Source: an uncultured bacterium
Lineage (GTDB): Bacteria; Chlamydiota; Chlamydiia; Chlamydiales; SM23-39
Reading direction: 5' to 3'
Length of the DNA: 64,000 nucleotides
Assembly: GCA_963716985.1 (NCBI GenBank)
Contig: OY970323.1
Location: 1,568,001 to 1,632,000, forward strand
Positions 10,733-20,520 of the stretch are shown here, piece after piece. The notes under the pieces were generated by a model. That model searched no databases, was not told the origin of the DNA, and saw only the letters and a program-made list of their open reading frames with translations. Position numbers and translations under genes: made by a program. Each line of letters begins with the position of its first letter. The stretch's first letter is position 1.

Positions 10733-11071
10733 TTAGCAGACGGCCAAACAGCCCTTGTTTCTAAAAATACCTACTCGAGAACGAGGACTCTCTATGTGAA
10801 TTTTGATATCGCATCCCAAAATTGTCAGGTAATGTAGAAGAGCGTCGGTGCTGAATTCTGATAAGTGTCCATTAACAAGTAGGGAAACCTTTGATTGAGT
10901 TATTTCCAATTTTTTTGCTACTTCAGTTTGGGATAGGCCGCTTTTTTCAATTAAATCTCCAATTTCGCTTAAAAGCTCAGATTTTGCTACTAGTTCGTTC
11001 GCATTTTCTTCCCCAAGTGCGGAAAAAACATCTCCTTCGGTGACTTCGAAGTCAGTTTCTTTTTTAGCCAT
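10733..11071 (-). CDS. XRE-family HTH antitoxin (HigA-like)
   Basis: GDVFSALG; HTH SQTEVAKKLEITQSKVSLL; overlaps the toxin stop. Confidence 0.85.
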   Translation of the reverse strand: MAKKETDFEVTEGDVFSALGEENANELVAKSELLSEIGDLIEKSGLSQTEVAKKLEITQSKVSLLVNGHLSEFSTDALLHYLTILGCDIKIHIESPRSRVGIFRNKGCLAVC

Positions 11072-11450
11072 TTTTTTCTCCTTTTTCTTTCCATATTTTA
11101 TACATTTCTTCTGCGCGCTTCAGCCTTGAGCGTATAAGCTCTATTTCTTGTTTCGGAGTGCTGATTCCTTTTTTACTTTTCTTCTTGAATGCATGCAATA
11201 CTGCAATCACTTCTTTAAGCCTAATTGTATAGACAACGCGAAACGTTCCTTGATCATCATCTCTCCTCAGCTCTGTTATATGAGCTCCTCCAAATCCAGT
11301 AAAGATTTTTGCATTTGGGACTGTTTCTCCTTTTTGAGCGAGAAGTAGCCAGTGGCCGAAGTCCTCGCGCACATCTTTTGGCATATCCTTAAGGTCTTGT
11401 TTTGATGAAGCAACCCAAAGGACAGGTCGCAAAGCTGGCGTTTCGTTCAT
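11064..11450 (-). CDS. RelE/HigB-type (Gp49-like) type II toxin
   Basis: WVASSKQDL, ELR, FRVVY and VLHAFKKKSKKGISTP motifs; toxin-first order. Confidence 0.85.
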   Translation of the reverse strand: MNETPALRPVLWVASSKQDLKDMPKDVREDFGHWLLLAQKGETVPNAKIFTGFGGAHITELRRDDDQGTFRVVYTIRLKEVIAVLHAFKKKSKKGISTPKQEIELIRSRLKRAEEMYKIWKEKGEKNG

Positions 11451-11547
11451 TTTCTTTTCTCCATTATACCAATAATGAAATGGCATTGTCTATGAAAATG
11501 TTGTTAGTTTCTAGCAAAAATTAATTAATGTCTTAACGAGCTAATGC

Positions 11548-11722
11548 TCAGCAGATTGAGTTTTGTTTTTGTAAATATTGATATACTGTTTCTCGGCTGA
11601 TACCAAAGAATTTCGCTACCTTTGCCTTTGGAATCCCTTGGCCTATCTTCGATTTCAGCTCTAGCACCTGTTCTGGAGATAGTTTTGGCTTCCCTCCTCG
11701 ATACTTGCCCTTTGTTTTAGCA
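11548..11722 (-). pseudogene. C-terminal HTH fragment of a serine resolvase/invertase
   Basis: AKTKGKYRGGKPKLS...GISRETVYQYL; the catalytic N-terminal domain is absent. Confidence 0.8.
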
Positions 11723-12041
11723 AGAAAGAAAGTTTGTGTAACCATGGACAGGAGACCCACATGTGAACTTATTTAGAAGGGTATTCGCAATTGCCCAAAC
11801 TATCCCTGATAAGGCCAAGCGAAAAAAAACTTTCGAACGCATGGACAAGATTTTAGATTGTCAAGAATAGACTTGATAAGCCTATATAGTTTTTTTCTTT
11901 CCTTTGGCGATAAAAGCCTTTCTTGCCATAAAAATGATGACCAGGCGACCCCATCCCCGCTCCTTCCAAGGAATTCCTTGCCTTTCTTTTAGTCGACAGA
12001 AGTTCTTTTTCCGCTAAAAAGAGAAAAAACCTCCTTCTATT

Positions 12042-13298
12042 TCACGCTCTCACGATAGCGATCTCTTCCCATGAGGTCGTACTACGCGGCGAGCGCTTCT
12101 CCGAGAGCATTTTCCAGGAAGGATCCACTCCTTCTGCCGCAAAAAACAGGCGCTTCTTCCCCATTTGCGCATTCAAAGCGTCCATGGTTTGTAACGCGAT
12201 GCGCCTCTTCGCACTCATTTGCAAAAACAGATCGGTCTGTCTATTTTTTTCTAACGCCAAGTCCAAGAGAATAACTCCGCATTTTTTATACCTTTTTGTT
12301 TTGCAATACAATTCGTTCAAACAGCTTTTCGCAAGAGAGATCATTTGCGAGGTATCGCTTGTCGGTATGGGAAAGGAGAGTAGTTTAGAAACACTTTGAC
12401 GATTGTATGTCTCTGTCAAAAATTCCAAATAGACGAAAAGAGCCCCTGCACAACATCCTTGTGCGCGCAGCTTTTCTGCAGCAGAGGCCACATGGGTCGC
12501 CAAAGCTTCAGACAGATCTTTCTTCTCTGTCACCACCTTGCCGAAAGATCGCGAGCAGGTCAGACTCTTTTTCGCCCCTGCTTCTTCCAAAGAAAGACAG
12601 CTCTTTCCCCTCAATTCCCAAAGAATGCGCTCTCCCACAACGCCCATCAATTGCCGCATGAAGTAGGGATCATGTTCTCGAAACTCCTTTGCCGTATGGA
12701 TATTCTTCGCACGTAATTTCTCCTCCCATCGAGAGCCAATGCCCCAAACATCGCCGATCGGAAACTTCTCTAACACTTTTTCCTGCACATCTGCAGAGCA
12801 CAGAGAGAAAATACCCGTGGAAGAGTCTTTTTTTGCGCATGTATTGGCCGCTTTCGCCAATGTTTTGGTCGGAGCGATCCCGCAGGAGACGGGAATCCCG
12901 ATCCATTTCCCAATTTTGCGCCGCATCTCTTTGCAATGCTCCAAAACCTCGTCAGAGCGGACCGTTGCCGGATAATACAAAAACGCTTCATCGATCGAAT
13001 AGATTTGAAAACACTCTGCCTCCTTTGCAAGAAGGTCCATGATTCTCCGAGAAATATCGCCATAGAGCTGATAGTTCGAAGAAAAGACGGAAACAAAGCG
13101 ATCTTGGCAAAAATCCTTGATTTGAAAAAAGGGCTCTCCCATGGCAATGCCCATCTCTTTTGCCTCCTGGGAGCGCGCCACGACGCATCCATCGTTATTG
13201 GAAAGAACAATCACCGCCCGTTTTTCTAACTGCGGCGCAAACAACCGCTCGCAAGAGACGTAAAAATTGTTGCAGTCCACCAAAACAAAACTGCCCAT
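12042..13298 (-). CDS. umuC: Y-family DNA polymerase V catalytic subunit
   Basis: LVDCNNFYVSCER, LSNNDGC, YSIDEAF, SRSFG and C-terminal SPRSTT.W motifs. Confidence 0.95.
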   Translation of the reverse strand: MGSFVLVDCNNFYVSCERLFAPQLEKRAVIVLSNNDGCVVARSQEAKEMGIAMGEPFFQIKDFCQDRFVSVFSSNYQLYGDISRRIMDLLAKEAECFQIYSIDEAFLYYPATVRSDEVLEHCKEMRRKIGKWIGIPVSCGIAPTKTLAKAANTCAKKDSSTGIFSLCSADVQEKVLEKFPIGDVWGIGSRWEEKLRAKNIHTAKEFREHDPYFMRQLMGVVGERILWELRGKSCLSLEEAGAKKSLTCSRSFGKVVTEKKDLSEALATHVASAAEKLRAQGCCAGALFVYLEFLTETYNRQSVSKLLSFPIPTSDTSQMISLAKSCLNELYCKTKRYKKCGVILLDLALEKNRQTDLFLQMSAKRRIALQTMDALNAQMGKKRLFFAAEGVDPSWKMLSEKRSPRSTTSWEEIAIVRA

Positions 13299-13308
13299 AG
13301 GTTCCCTT

Positions 13309-13821
13309 TTAAAGAGGATGGATCACGTGAGTCACAACACCCCAAATACGCAAGTCGGCCCCTTCTTCGATTTCAATGGGAGCATCGGCATCGTTTTCTG
13401 CAACCAGCCGGATCTTTTTCTCTTTTCGATACAAACGCTTTACGGTCAGCTCCCCATTGACAACGGCAATGACGACTTTGCCATGTACGGGCTCTTGGCT
13501 TCGATCCACAACCAAAAGATCATCGTGATGAATGCCTGCCTTGATCATCGAAGAACCGGAAACTCGTACAAAAAAAGTGGCTTGGGGATGCTGTATCAAC
13601 AACTCGTTCAAATCCAGCGACCCTTCCTTCTCTCCGTCTGCCGGAGATGGAAAACCGGCCGCCACCGCACTCTGGTACAAAGGGAGAGCATACAGACGCT
13701 CCGCAATCCAATGCATCACTTTTGCTACCTGACTTTCCGGAACGCGAACCGCTTTTGTCGGCTCTCCAAATTTTCCACTTCCGCTTCTCCTACCGGCTCC
13801 TTTTCTCGCGCCGCCTCTCAT
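13309..13821 (-). CDS. umuD: UmuD (S24 peptidase) with UmuDAb-like N-terminal extension
   Basis: AAGFPSPA cleavage site, SGSSM catalytic Ser, TVKRL Lys; extra N-terminus RGGARKGAGR...EPTKAVRVP. Confidence 0.92.
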   Translation of the reverse strand: MRGGARKGAGRRSGSGKFGEPTKAVRVPESQVAKVMHWIAERLYALPLYQSAVAAGFPSPADGEKEGSLDLNELLIQHPQATFFVRVSGSSMIKAGIHHDDLLVVDRSQEPVHGKVVIAVVNGELTVKRLYRKEKKIRLVAENDADAPIEIEEGADLRIWGVVTHVIHPL

Positions 13822-14410
13822 GCACCCACCCCCCTACACTCCCTTTATGATTAACGTACAAAATTCAAACAAAAAAAACAACTCCATAGATTTGCAGCAA
13901 GAAAGACCTACATTCTCTTATGCAGTAGACAACGCAGAGCATTGATGTCGGATGGTGGAAGAGAATGGTTTTTACCCAAAGGCTTAAACTTATTCAATTC
14001 ATTTTTAAACGCTTAAGAAAACTCTATCAAAACAAAGAGCTTTTTTAAAGTGCAAGAACCCCTCTATTGCAAAAATAGAGCCGTAAAGCGCCATGCTTTT
14101 AAGCAATTAGCGCACAAACCAAAAAGCTTTTTTTTATATAAAAAAGGGACTTTTCACAAAAAAAGCCTTTGCAGAAACACTCGTAAAAGAACAATATTTT
14201 ACCGCAAGTCGCTTATCATAAGAAGTTTAAATCGCGCTTGAGAAAAGTTGATTAAATAAATTCAGAAACACTGTATAATTCGAAGGTGTTTTAACTTTTA
14301 TCCTAGTGTGCAATGTGCATTCTCCTAAGGATATAAGGGTAAAAAAACTTAAAGATCCAAAATAAGTTAGGATTTTTAAGGAACTTAACAAAAAAAAAGA
14401 GGAAGTAGTC

Positions 14411-14626
14411 GTGTCAAATTCCAAATCAAAAGGTACAATTAAGTTTTTCAATTCACAAAAAGGCTTTGGTTTCATTACACCCGATAATGGAGGCAAAGAT
14501 CTGTTTGTTCATGCAAATAATGTCGAAGGAGACGCAAGAGCATTGCGCGAAGGACAAAAAGTGAGCTATGTAGAAGGACCCGGACGTAAAGGCCCCGAAG
14601 CTACACAAGTATCATTGTTAAGCTAA
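14411..14626 (+). CDS. csp: Cold-shock protein
   Basis: KGTIKFFN, KGFGFI (RNP1) and LFVH (RNP2); GTG start with RBS GAGG. Confidence 0.95.
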   Translation: MSNSKSKGTIKFFNSQKGFGFITPDNGGKDLFVHANNVEGDARALREGQKVSYVEGPGRKGPEATQVSLLS

Positions 14627-14633
14627 ACTTAAC

Positions 14634-14689
14634 AAAAGCGCCTAATATCTAAGGATTTATCCAAGGAATTTCAGGCGCTTTTTCTTTTT
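14634..14689 (+). terminator. Probable intrinsic terminator after csp
   Basis: AAAAGCGCCT...AGGCGCTTTTT stem followed by T-rich sequence; long loop. Confidence 0.55.
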
Positions 14690-14816
14690 CCCTCCCCCAT
14701 TTTCAACATTCATAGTTTTTTAAATTAAAATTATCTTTATATTTAAAAAAGATTTTAACGTCGATATTATCTAACGCCTGTGTTATTATATATAAAATCA
14801 AAAAAATATAAATAAA

Positions 14817-15512
14817 ATGAAAAAAGAAACTATTTTGTTTTCTTTAAAAGATGTAAATTTCTCCTATTTGATCGGTTCAGAAAAAATCCCTGCCCTTCAC
14901 CAACTCGACCTCGAGATTCCGGGCAGCTCTCTTATCACCATCTCCGGGCCTTCGGGCTCCGGAAAGTCCACCCTTTTGAACCTTCTTGGATTATTAGAGC
15001 CCCTGCAAGAAGGCGAAATTTTCTTTCAAAACGAACGCCTCTCCTCCATGAGCCCAAAAAGACAAAACGAGGTCAGAAAATTTAAAATCGGTTTTATTTT
15101 TCAACAGTTTCATCTCATTCCGGTTTTGACGGCAGAAGAAAACGTAGAGTATTTTCTCAAACGTCAAAACCTATCGCCGGAAGAAATTAAAGAACGCACA
15201 CAAGAGGCTCTAACTGCTGTCGGGCTCTGGGAACATCGGGGAAAAAAACCGGGCCAGCTCAGCGGCGGGCAAAAGCAGAGAGTTGCGATCGCAAGAGCGC
15301 TGGCAAAAAAGCCGGACGTAATCATCGGAGATGAGCCGACGGGCAGCTTGGATCAGAAAACGGGCCGCGAGATCATGAAAATTTTTGCCAAGATCGTGGA
15401 AGAGAAAAAAATGTCGATCATCCTCACAACGCATGATCCCATGGTCCTCTCCTTTTCGCATCAAAACTTTCATTTTCATGAGGGGCGCTTGATCAAGGAT
15501 GCAAAACCATGA
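14817..15512 (+). CDS. ABC transporter ATP-binding protein (LolD/MacB type)
   Basis: [31 protein letters not shown] and TTHD motifs. Confidence 0.93.
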   Translation: MKKETILFSLKDVNFSYLIGSEKIPALHQLDLEIPGSSLITISGPSGSGKSTLLNLLGLLEPLQEGEIFFQNERLSSMSPKRQNEVRKFKIGFIFQQFHLIPVLTAEENVEYFLKRQNLSPEEIKERTQEALTAVGLWEHRGKKPGQLSGGQKQRVAIARALAKKPDVIIGDEPTGSLDQKTGREIMKIFAKIVEEKKMSIILTTHDPMVLSFSHQNFHFHEGRLIKDAKP

Positions 15513-16717
15513 TGTTTTTCAAACTGGCATTTAGAAATCTTTTCCGCAACATTCGAAGGTCGATTGCAATTCTTTTAACGGTAGGGCTCGGCGCCGGCGC
15601 TCTTTTTTGCTTTCAAGGATTCATTCAAGGCGTATTGAACGACTATCGAGAAACAACGATCCATGCCCATTATGGAAACGGACAGTTCAACCAAAAAGAG
15701 TATCGTCAAACCGTTTATAAAGAACCCTGGAAGCATTGGATTTCCAATTGGCAGCAAGTCAAATCTTTTGCTTTAAAAAATTCTCATGTCCGGCACGTCT
15801 TTCCAAGGGTTTCGATCGGAGGAATGCTGATTCATGGCAAGGTATCCATCATAGGACAAGGACAAGGAATCGACGCGAAAGAAGAGGTTACCTTCTTCAA
15901 TGCTTTGAATATAGTTGAGGGAAAAAATCTTCAATTAGAATCCAATGGAATCGTATTAGGACAGGGAGTTGCAAAAGCTCTCGGCGTGCATCCGGGAGAT
16001 GCGGTGACTCTTTACACAAAGTCTACCCATGGCGGCATCACAAAGGGAAAATTTATCGTCACCGGCATTTTCCATACGGGAATGGTGGATTTTGACAATC
16101 ATATTTTTCGCATCCAGTTAGACCAGGCGCAGAGGTTATTAAAAACCGATCAGGTGGAATCGATTTCACTCGGCCTTACGGATTATAAAGACTGGGAAAA
16201 AGCATCTCTTAATATCCAAGCGGCATTTCCCTCTTTGGAGGCCGCATCGTTCGCAGAACTGGACCAGGTCTATTATCAGAATTCCGTCGACTGGCTAAAA
16301 ATGCAGTTCTATATCGTGCAAGTCATCATTATTTCCATTGTGCTGCTCGGCATTTTCAATACGATTTCCTCCTCCATCTTGGAAAGAAAACAAGAGATCG
16401 GCAATCTGCGGGCCAATGGCGAGTCGACATGGGATGTGATGAAGCTCATTTTATGGGAGGGCGCTTTTTTAGGGATCATGGGAAGCCTGGCCGGCCTTGG
16501 CTTAACCTATATCATCACCAAAGGATTCCTGCATCAAGGTATATTAATGCCTCCGGGACCCGGATCCTCGCGTCAATTTTTCATCTCTTTTTATTTTACG
16601 CCGGGCATGGCATTGCAAACGTTTGCCCTCAGTATCATCTCCTCTTTAATTGCATCCCTTTTAGCAGGGATTCGAGTGGCCAGAATGCAAATCACAAAAG
16701 CTCTGCGCGCCTATTAA
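15509..16717 (+). CDS. ABC transporter permease (FtsX/LolE type)
   Basis: KLAFRNLFRN and ERKQEIGNLRANG motifs; 4-TM layout; ATGA overlap with the upstream gene. Confidence 0.9.
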   Translation: MMFFKLAFRNLFRNIRRSIAILLTVGLGAGALFCFQGFIQGVLNDYRETTIHAHYGNGQFNQKEYRQTVYKEPWKHWISNWQQVKSFALKNSHVRHVFPRVSIGGMLIHGKVSIIGQGQGIDAKEEVTFFNALNIVEGKNLQLESNGIVLGQGVAKALGVHPGDAVTLYTKSTHGGITKGKFIVTGIFHTGMVDFDNHIFRIQLDQAQRLLKTDQVESISLGLTDYKDWEKASLNIQAAFPSLEAASFAELDQVYYQNSVDWLKMQFYIVQVIIISIVLLGIFNTISSSILERKQEIGNLRANGESTWDVMKLILWEGAFLGIMGSLAGLGLTYIITKGFLHQGILMPPGPGSSRQFFISFYFTPGMALQTFALSIISSLIASLLAGIRVARMQITKALRAY

Positions 16718-16855
16718 TCCTTGGCGTCCGTCCGGCGGAGAGATTTTTTTCTCCAGCGAAGAGAGCCTGTGAACTTCCTCACATCGAATGAATTTGTTTC
16801 GTTTTTTCTTGACTCTAGTAGAAAATAGCCATTTCTAGAGCCCCAAGGATTTTCT

Positions 16856-18079
16856 ATGCGCCATCTTCTTCTCTCTTGCCTAAGAACTTTCCGCCGTCGA
16901 GCCGTCCAGGTATTATTTACCTTAACTCTCTATTTTTTTTGCGCAGATCTCTTGCCTCTTGCCGTCCATCAAGGACTATACACCATCAGCCTCTTCATTC
17001 GAGACCTTCTCATCTGGATGCTCCCCCTCACGGTTGGATTTTTCATCGCAGACACCATTTGCGCCTTTGAGCGCAAAGCCCCTCTCTTCATCGGATGTCT
17101 TTTGCTTTTCGAGGCTTTTTCGAACATGGGAGGCGTTTGGTATGCGTTTGTCAGCGGGAAGATCGCCGCAGGATCTCTGCCCTGCCTCCAGCTTCCCTCT
17201 TTCCATGAGAATTTTTCTCCCCTCTGGCGCTTGCCGCTGAATCGGCCCGGATGGTGGTCAGCCGACAAGGGGGCCATCGCAGGGGTTGTGATCGGATTTT
17301 TAGGAGCTATCTTCCACAGAAGCCATTATCGACAAATCATTCGACACGGGAAAACGATCGCACAGTGGGGTTTGACCCATCTTTTTTCGAGGCTGATCCC
17401 TGTTTTTGTTCTGGGCTTTGTCGCCCGCATGATGCAAACAAAGATTCTCCATCAAGTCGTTTCCCATTATGGAGAGCTTTTGATCTGGCTGGTCTTTTTT
17501 TTAACGCTCTATCTTCTTTTTCTCTTCTTTTTGGGAAGCGGTTTTTCTTTTTCCCGTCTTGCGCGCTCCATAAAAAACCTGCTTCCTGCAGGAGCCATCT
17601 CCTTCAGCTCCGGATGCAGCCTCTCCACCATGCCCTGGACGATCGAGGGAACGTCAAAAAATTGTCAAAATCCGGATCTTGCCAAAGCCGTAATCCCCGC
17701 AACGACAAACATCCAACAAATCGGCGATTGCATCACCAATGCCTTTTTGTGTTTTCTGATTTATCGGCATTTCTATGGGACTAGCCCGGATCTTGCGACC
17801 TGGCTCCATTTTAGCATCATTTTTGTCTTGAGCCGTTTTGCAACGGCAGCAGTACTCGGCGGCGCCATTTTCATCATGCTGCCGATTTATGAAACCTATC
17901 TCTCATTCAATGCAGAAATGATTGCCGTCATTCTGGCTTTCAACGTCATTTTAGATCCCATCGTTACCTCCTGCAATGTTCTGGCAAACGGCGCGCTTTG
18001 TCCGATTTTTGAAAGGGTTTGGATGGCTGTCAATCGAAAGCAGGCAAAGAAAGAAAAAAACGAAGAGCTCTCCGATTGA
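16856..18079 (+). CDS. Dicarboxylate/amino acid:cation symporter (DAACS family)
   Basis: FSSGCSLSTMP, NIQQIGD and DPIVTSCNV match the DAACS hairpin motifs; multi-TM. Confidence 0.8.
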   Translation: MRHLLLSCLRTFRRRAVQVLFTLTLYFFCADLLPLAVHQGLYTISLFIRDLLIWMLPLTVGFFIADTICAFERKAPLFIGCLLLFEAFSNMGGVWYAFVSGKIAAGSLPCLQLPSFHENFSPLWRLPLNRPGWWSADKGAIAGVVIGFLGAIFHRSHYRQIIRHGKTIAQWGLTHLFSRLIPVFVLGFVARMMQTKILHQVVSHYGELLIWLVFFLTLYLLFLFFLGSGFSFSRLARSIKNLLPAGAISFSSGCSLSTMPWTIEGTSKNCQNPDLAKAVIPATTNIQQIGDCITNAFLCFLIYRHFYGTSPDLATWLHFSIIFVLSRFATAAVLGGAIFIMLPIYETYLSFNAEMIAVILAFNVILDPIVTSCNVLANGALCPIFERVWMAVNRKQAKKEKNEELSD

Positions 18080-18101
18080 TTTCTTTAAGAGTGTTTTTGA
18101 C

Positions 18102-19931
18102 CTATTTCAAAATGGCTTTCATGCGCCTGACTCCCGCGCTAACCGCCTCTTCTTTTACAATCTTAAAAGTACCAAGGAGTCCCGTGTGCGCCGCGTGGGG
18201 GCCTCCGCAGACCTCGCAACTGAAGGGAGGCTGGCCTTTGAGGCCAATGGTAAAAACCTTGATCTTCTCGCCATATTTATGGCCAAAGAGTCCAATCGCA
18301 CCTCTCTTTTTCGCCTCTTCGAGAGTCATCTCGTCGCAAACAACGGGATAATCTTTTTGAATCATTTCATTCACGAGGTTTTCCACTTGCCGGATTTCTT
18401 CCGGCGTTACTTTTTGGGGATGGGCAAAATCAAAGCGCATGCGCTCATGAGTGATGTTGCTCCCTTTTTGCGTTGCATGGGGACCTAAGACTTTGAGCAA
18501 GGCCGCATGGAGTAGATGGGTGGCCGTATGGTACTTAGTGACAATTTCACTATGATCGGCAAGGCCTCCTGCAAACTTTTGCTCGGCGCCGATTCTGGAC
18601 AATTCTTGATGCGCCTTAAATGCTTTGTGGAAACCCTCCTTGTCGACAGTCAGGTTGTTTTCTCTTGCCAGCTCTTCGGTCATTTCCAGGGGAAAACCAT
18701 AGGTGTCATACAATTTAAAGGCGAGCTTTCCCGAAATTTCCGAAATCTCCTCGCCCGTTTTTTCCAAGGCAATTCGAAAACCTCGCAACAGCTTCTCAAA
18801 TTCTTTCAGCCCTTGTTCGATCGTGCTGCCGAACTTTGTCTCTTCTCGTAACATTTCCGTAAGGATAAACTGTTTATTTCTTTCCACTTCGGGATAGACG
18901 TTTTTGAACATGGCGATGACTCCCTCTGCAATCCTGGCACAAAAATCCGCTTGTTTTCCAAGAAGATATCCATGGCGAATCGCGCGGCGAATCAACCGGC
19001 GAACGATATATCCTCGCTCCTGATTGCTAGGAACAATCCCCTTATCATCTCCCAGCACCATCGTTGCCGTGCGCAAATGGTCTGCAACGATGCGCATCGA
19101 GCGGGTCACCTCTTTATTTTCCTTATAAAGACGTCCGGAAATATCCTGGATCAATTCAATGAGCGGCCAGAAGGTATCGATTTGAAATACATCTTCATAT
19201 TCGTTGAGCGCCATCAACGTGCGCTCAAGCCCCATTCCGGTGTCCACATTCTTTTGTTTGAGGAGTTCGTATGTGCCCTCTTTCGTCTTGTTGTATTGCA
19301 TGAAAACATCATTCCAAATCTCCAGCCAATGCTCTTCATCATTCCCGGGATTGCTATTGGGCGGGGGAAGTTCGCTTTTTTTTCCTTTCCAATAAAACAT
19401 CTCGGAATCAGGTCCGCAGGGTCCGGTTTGTCCTGCAGGGCCCCACCAGTTGTTCTTCTTCGGCAAAAAGGCAATCCGCTCTTCCGGGACGCCAAGAGAT
19501 TTCCAAATATTTGCCGATTCCATATCGCGAGGCGCATCCGCATCTCCCGAAAAAACGGAAACTGCCAACTTCCTCGGATCGAGCCCTAAATATTTTTTTG
19601 ACGTTAAAAACTCCCAGCTCCATTCGATCGCTTCTTTTTTAAAATAATCGCCCAAAGACCAGTTCCCCATCATTTCAAAAAAAGTATCATGCCGCTCATC
19701 TCCGACCTCATCGATATCCTGGGTCCGAATGCACTTTTGCACGTTTGCCAAACGTGTTCCCGCGGGATGTTTTTCCCCCATCAGAAAGGGAACGAGCGGA
19801 TGCATACCGGCCGTCGTAAATAGGACGGTGGGGTCATTTTCGGGAATTAAGGAAGCGGACGGCAAGATCACGTGGTTTTTGGACTGAAAAAATGCGAGAT
19901 ATTTTTTTCGAAGTTCTAAAGAAGTGATCAT
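18102..19931 (-). CDS. alaS: Alanine--tRNA ligase, short form lacking C-Ala
   Basis: LFTTAGM, HDTFFEMMGN, DTGMGLER, editing motifs HTATHLL and CGGPH; the protein ends at GVRRMKAILK. Confidence 0.95.
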   Translation of the reverse strand: MITSLELRKKYLAFFQSKNHVILPSASLIPENDPTVLFTTAGMHPLVPFLMGEKHPAGTRLANVQKCIRTQDIDEVGDERHDTFFEMMGNWSLGDYFKKEAIEWSWEFLTSKKYLGLDPRKLAVSVFSGDADAPRDMESANIWKSLGVPEERIAFLPKKNNWWGPAGQTGPCGPDSEMFYWKGKKSELPPPNSNPGNDEEHWLEIWNDVFMQYNKTKEGTYELLKQKNVDTGMGLERTLMALNEYEDVFQIDTFWPLIELIQDISGRLYKENKEVTRSMRIVADHLRTATMVLGDDKGIVPSNQERGYIVRRLIRRAIRHGYLLGKQADFCARIAEGVIAMFKNVYPEVERNKQFILTEMLREETKFGSTIEQGLKEFEKLLRGFRIALEKTGEEISEISGKLAFKLYDTYGFPLEMTEELARENNLTVDKEGFHKAFKAHQELSRIGAEQKFAGGLADHSEIVTKYHTATHLLHAALLKVLGPHATQKGSNITHERMRFDFAHPQKVTPEEIRQVENLVNEMIQKDYPVVCDEMTLEEAKKRGAIGLFGHKYGEKIKVFTIGLKGQPPFSCEVCGGPHAAHTGLLGTFKIVKEEAVSAGVRRMKAILK

Positions 19932-20102
19932 AGCGTTTCCCGCCTTTTGATTTTTTAATAATTCTACACTTCTTGTTTTTTTTGTTTTAGTGCAAAGATC
20001 GACGAAAAAATCGAGAGGATCCTGTGATGAGAGAGCTATTTGCCCAAGGTCTTAATGCAGGATGTTTATTGCACGATCATTCTGTAGAGGAAAATTTTCC
20101 AT

Positions 20103-20519
20103 TCATCGGCTTATGTTATGTTTTTCAGACAGGTATTCATGAGCAAGAGCAGGTCCAAAATCAATGTAATGATCTTGGATCAATCCTAAGGCTAATTCCT
20201 TTAATCCTGCTGGCAATCGGCGGTTTCCTGATTTTCCGACCTTTTGGGATATAAGCCCTGATGGCCCTTTCATTTTGAGTCTTTTGGACAGTCGTTTGAC
20301 TTGTCTTGGGCTCAAGTTCAAATTCTGGGCTGCTTGGGCAATTGTCTGTCGTTTTTCATGAACTTGTTGAAGTTCATGATATCAAGATAACTCATTGTCA
20401 CTCATTGACATACGCTCCTCCATTTGATCGCCTCCTCATTGGTAATCAACAACTTGTGATTACCAGAAAGAGGACATTTCTAAAAAACGGAAAGCGGACA
20501 TTTTAAAAAAACGCTAATA
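20103..20519 (-). mobile_element. IS1202-like (ISNCY/IS481-related) element remnant: left end plus pseudogenised transposase N-terminus
   Basis: End with repeated AAATGTCC boxes; ATG at 20411 with an in-frame TGA at codon 10; LSPRQVKRL...DFGPALAHEYL. The same end recurs at 63800. Confidence 0.75.
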
Positions 20520-20520
20520 G

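Noticed and set aside
14817..16717. Calling the ABC pair lolD/lolE
   Set aside because: Family motifs are clear, but the substrate cannot be assigned from sequence alone.
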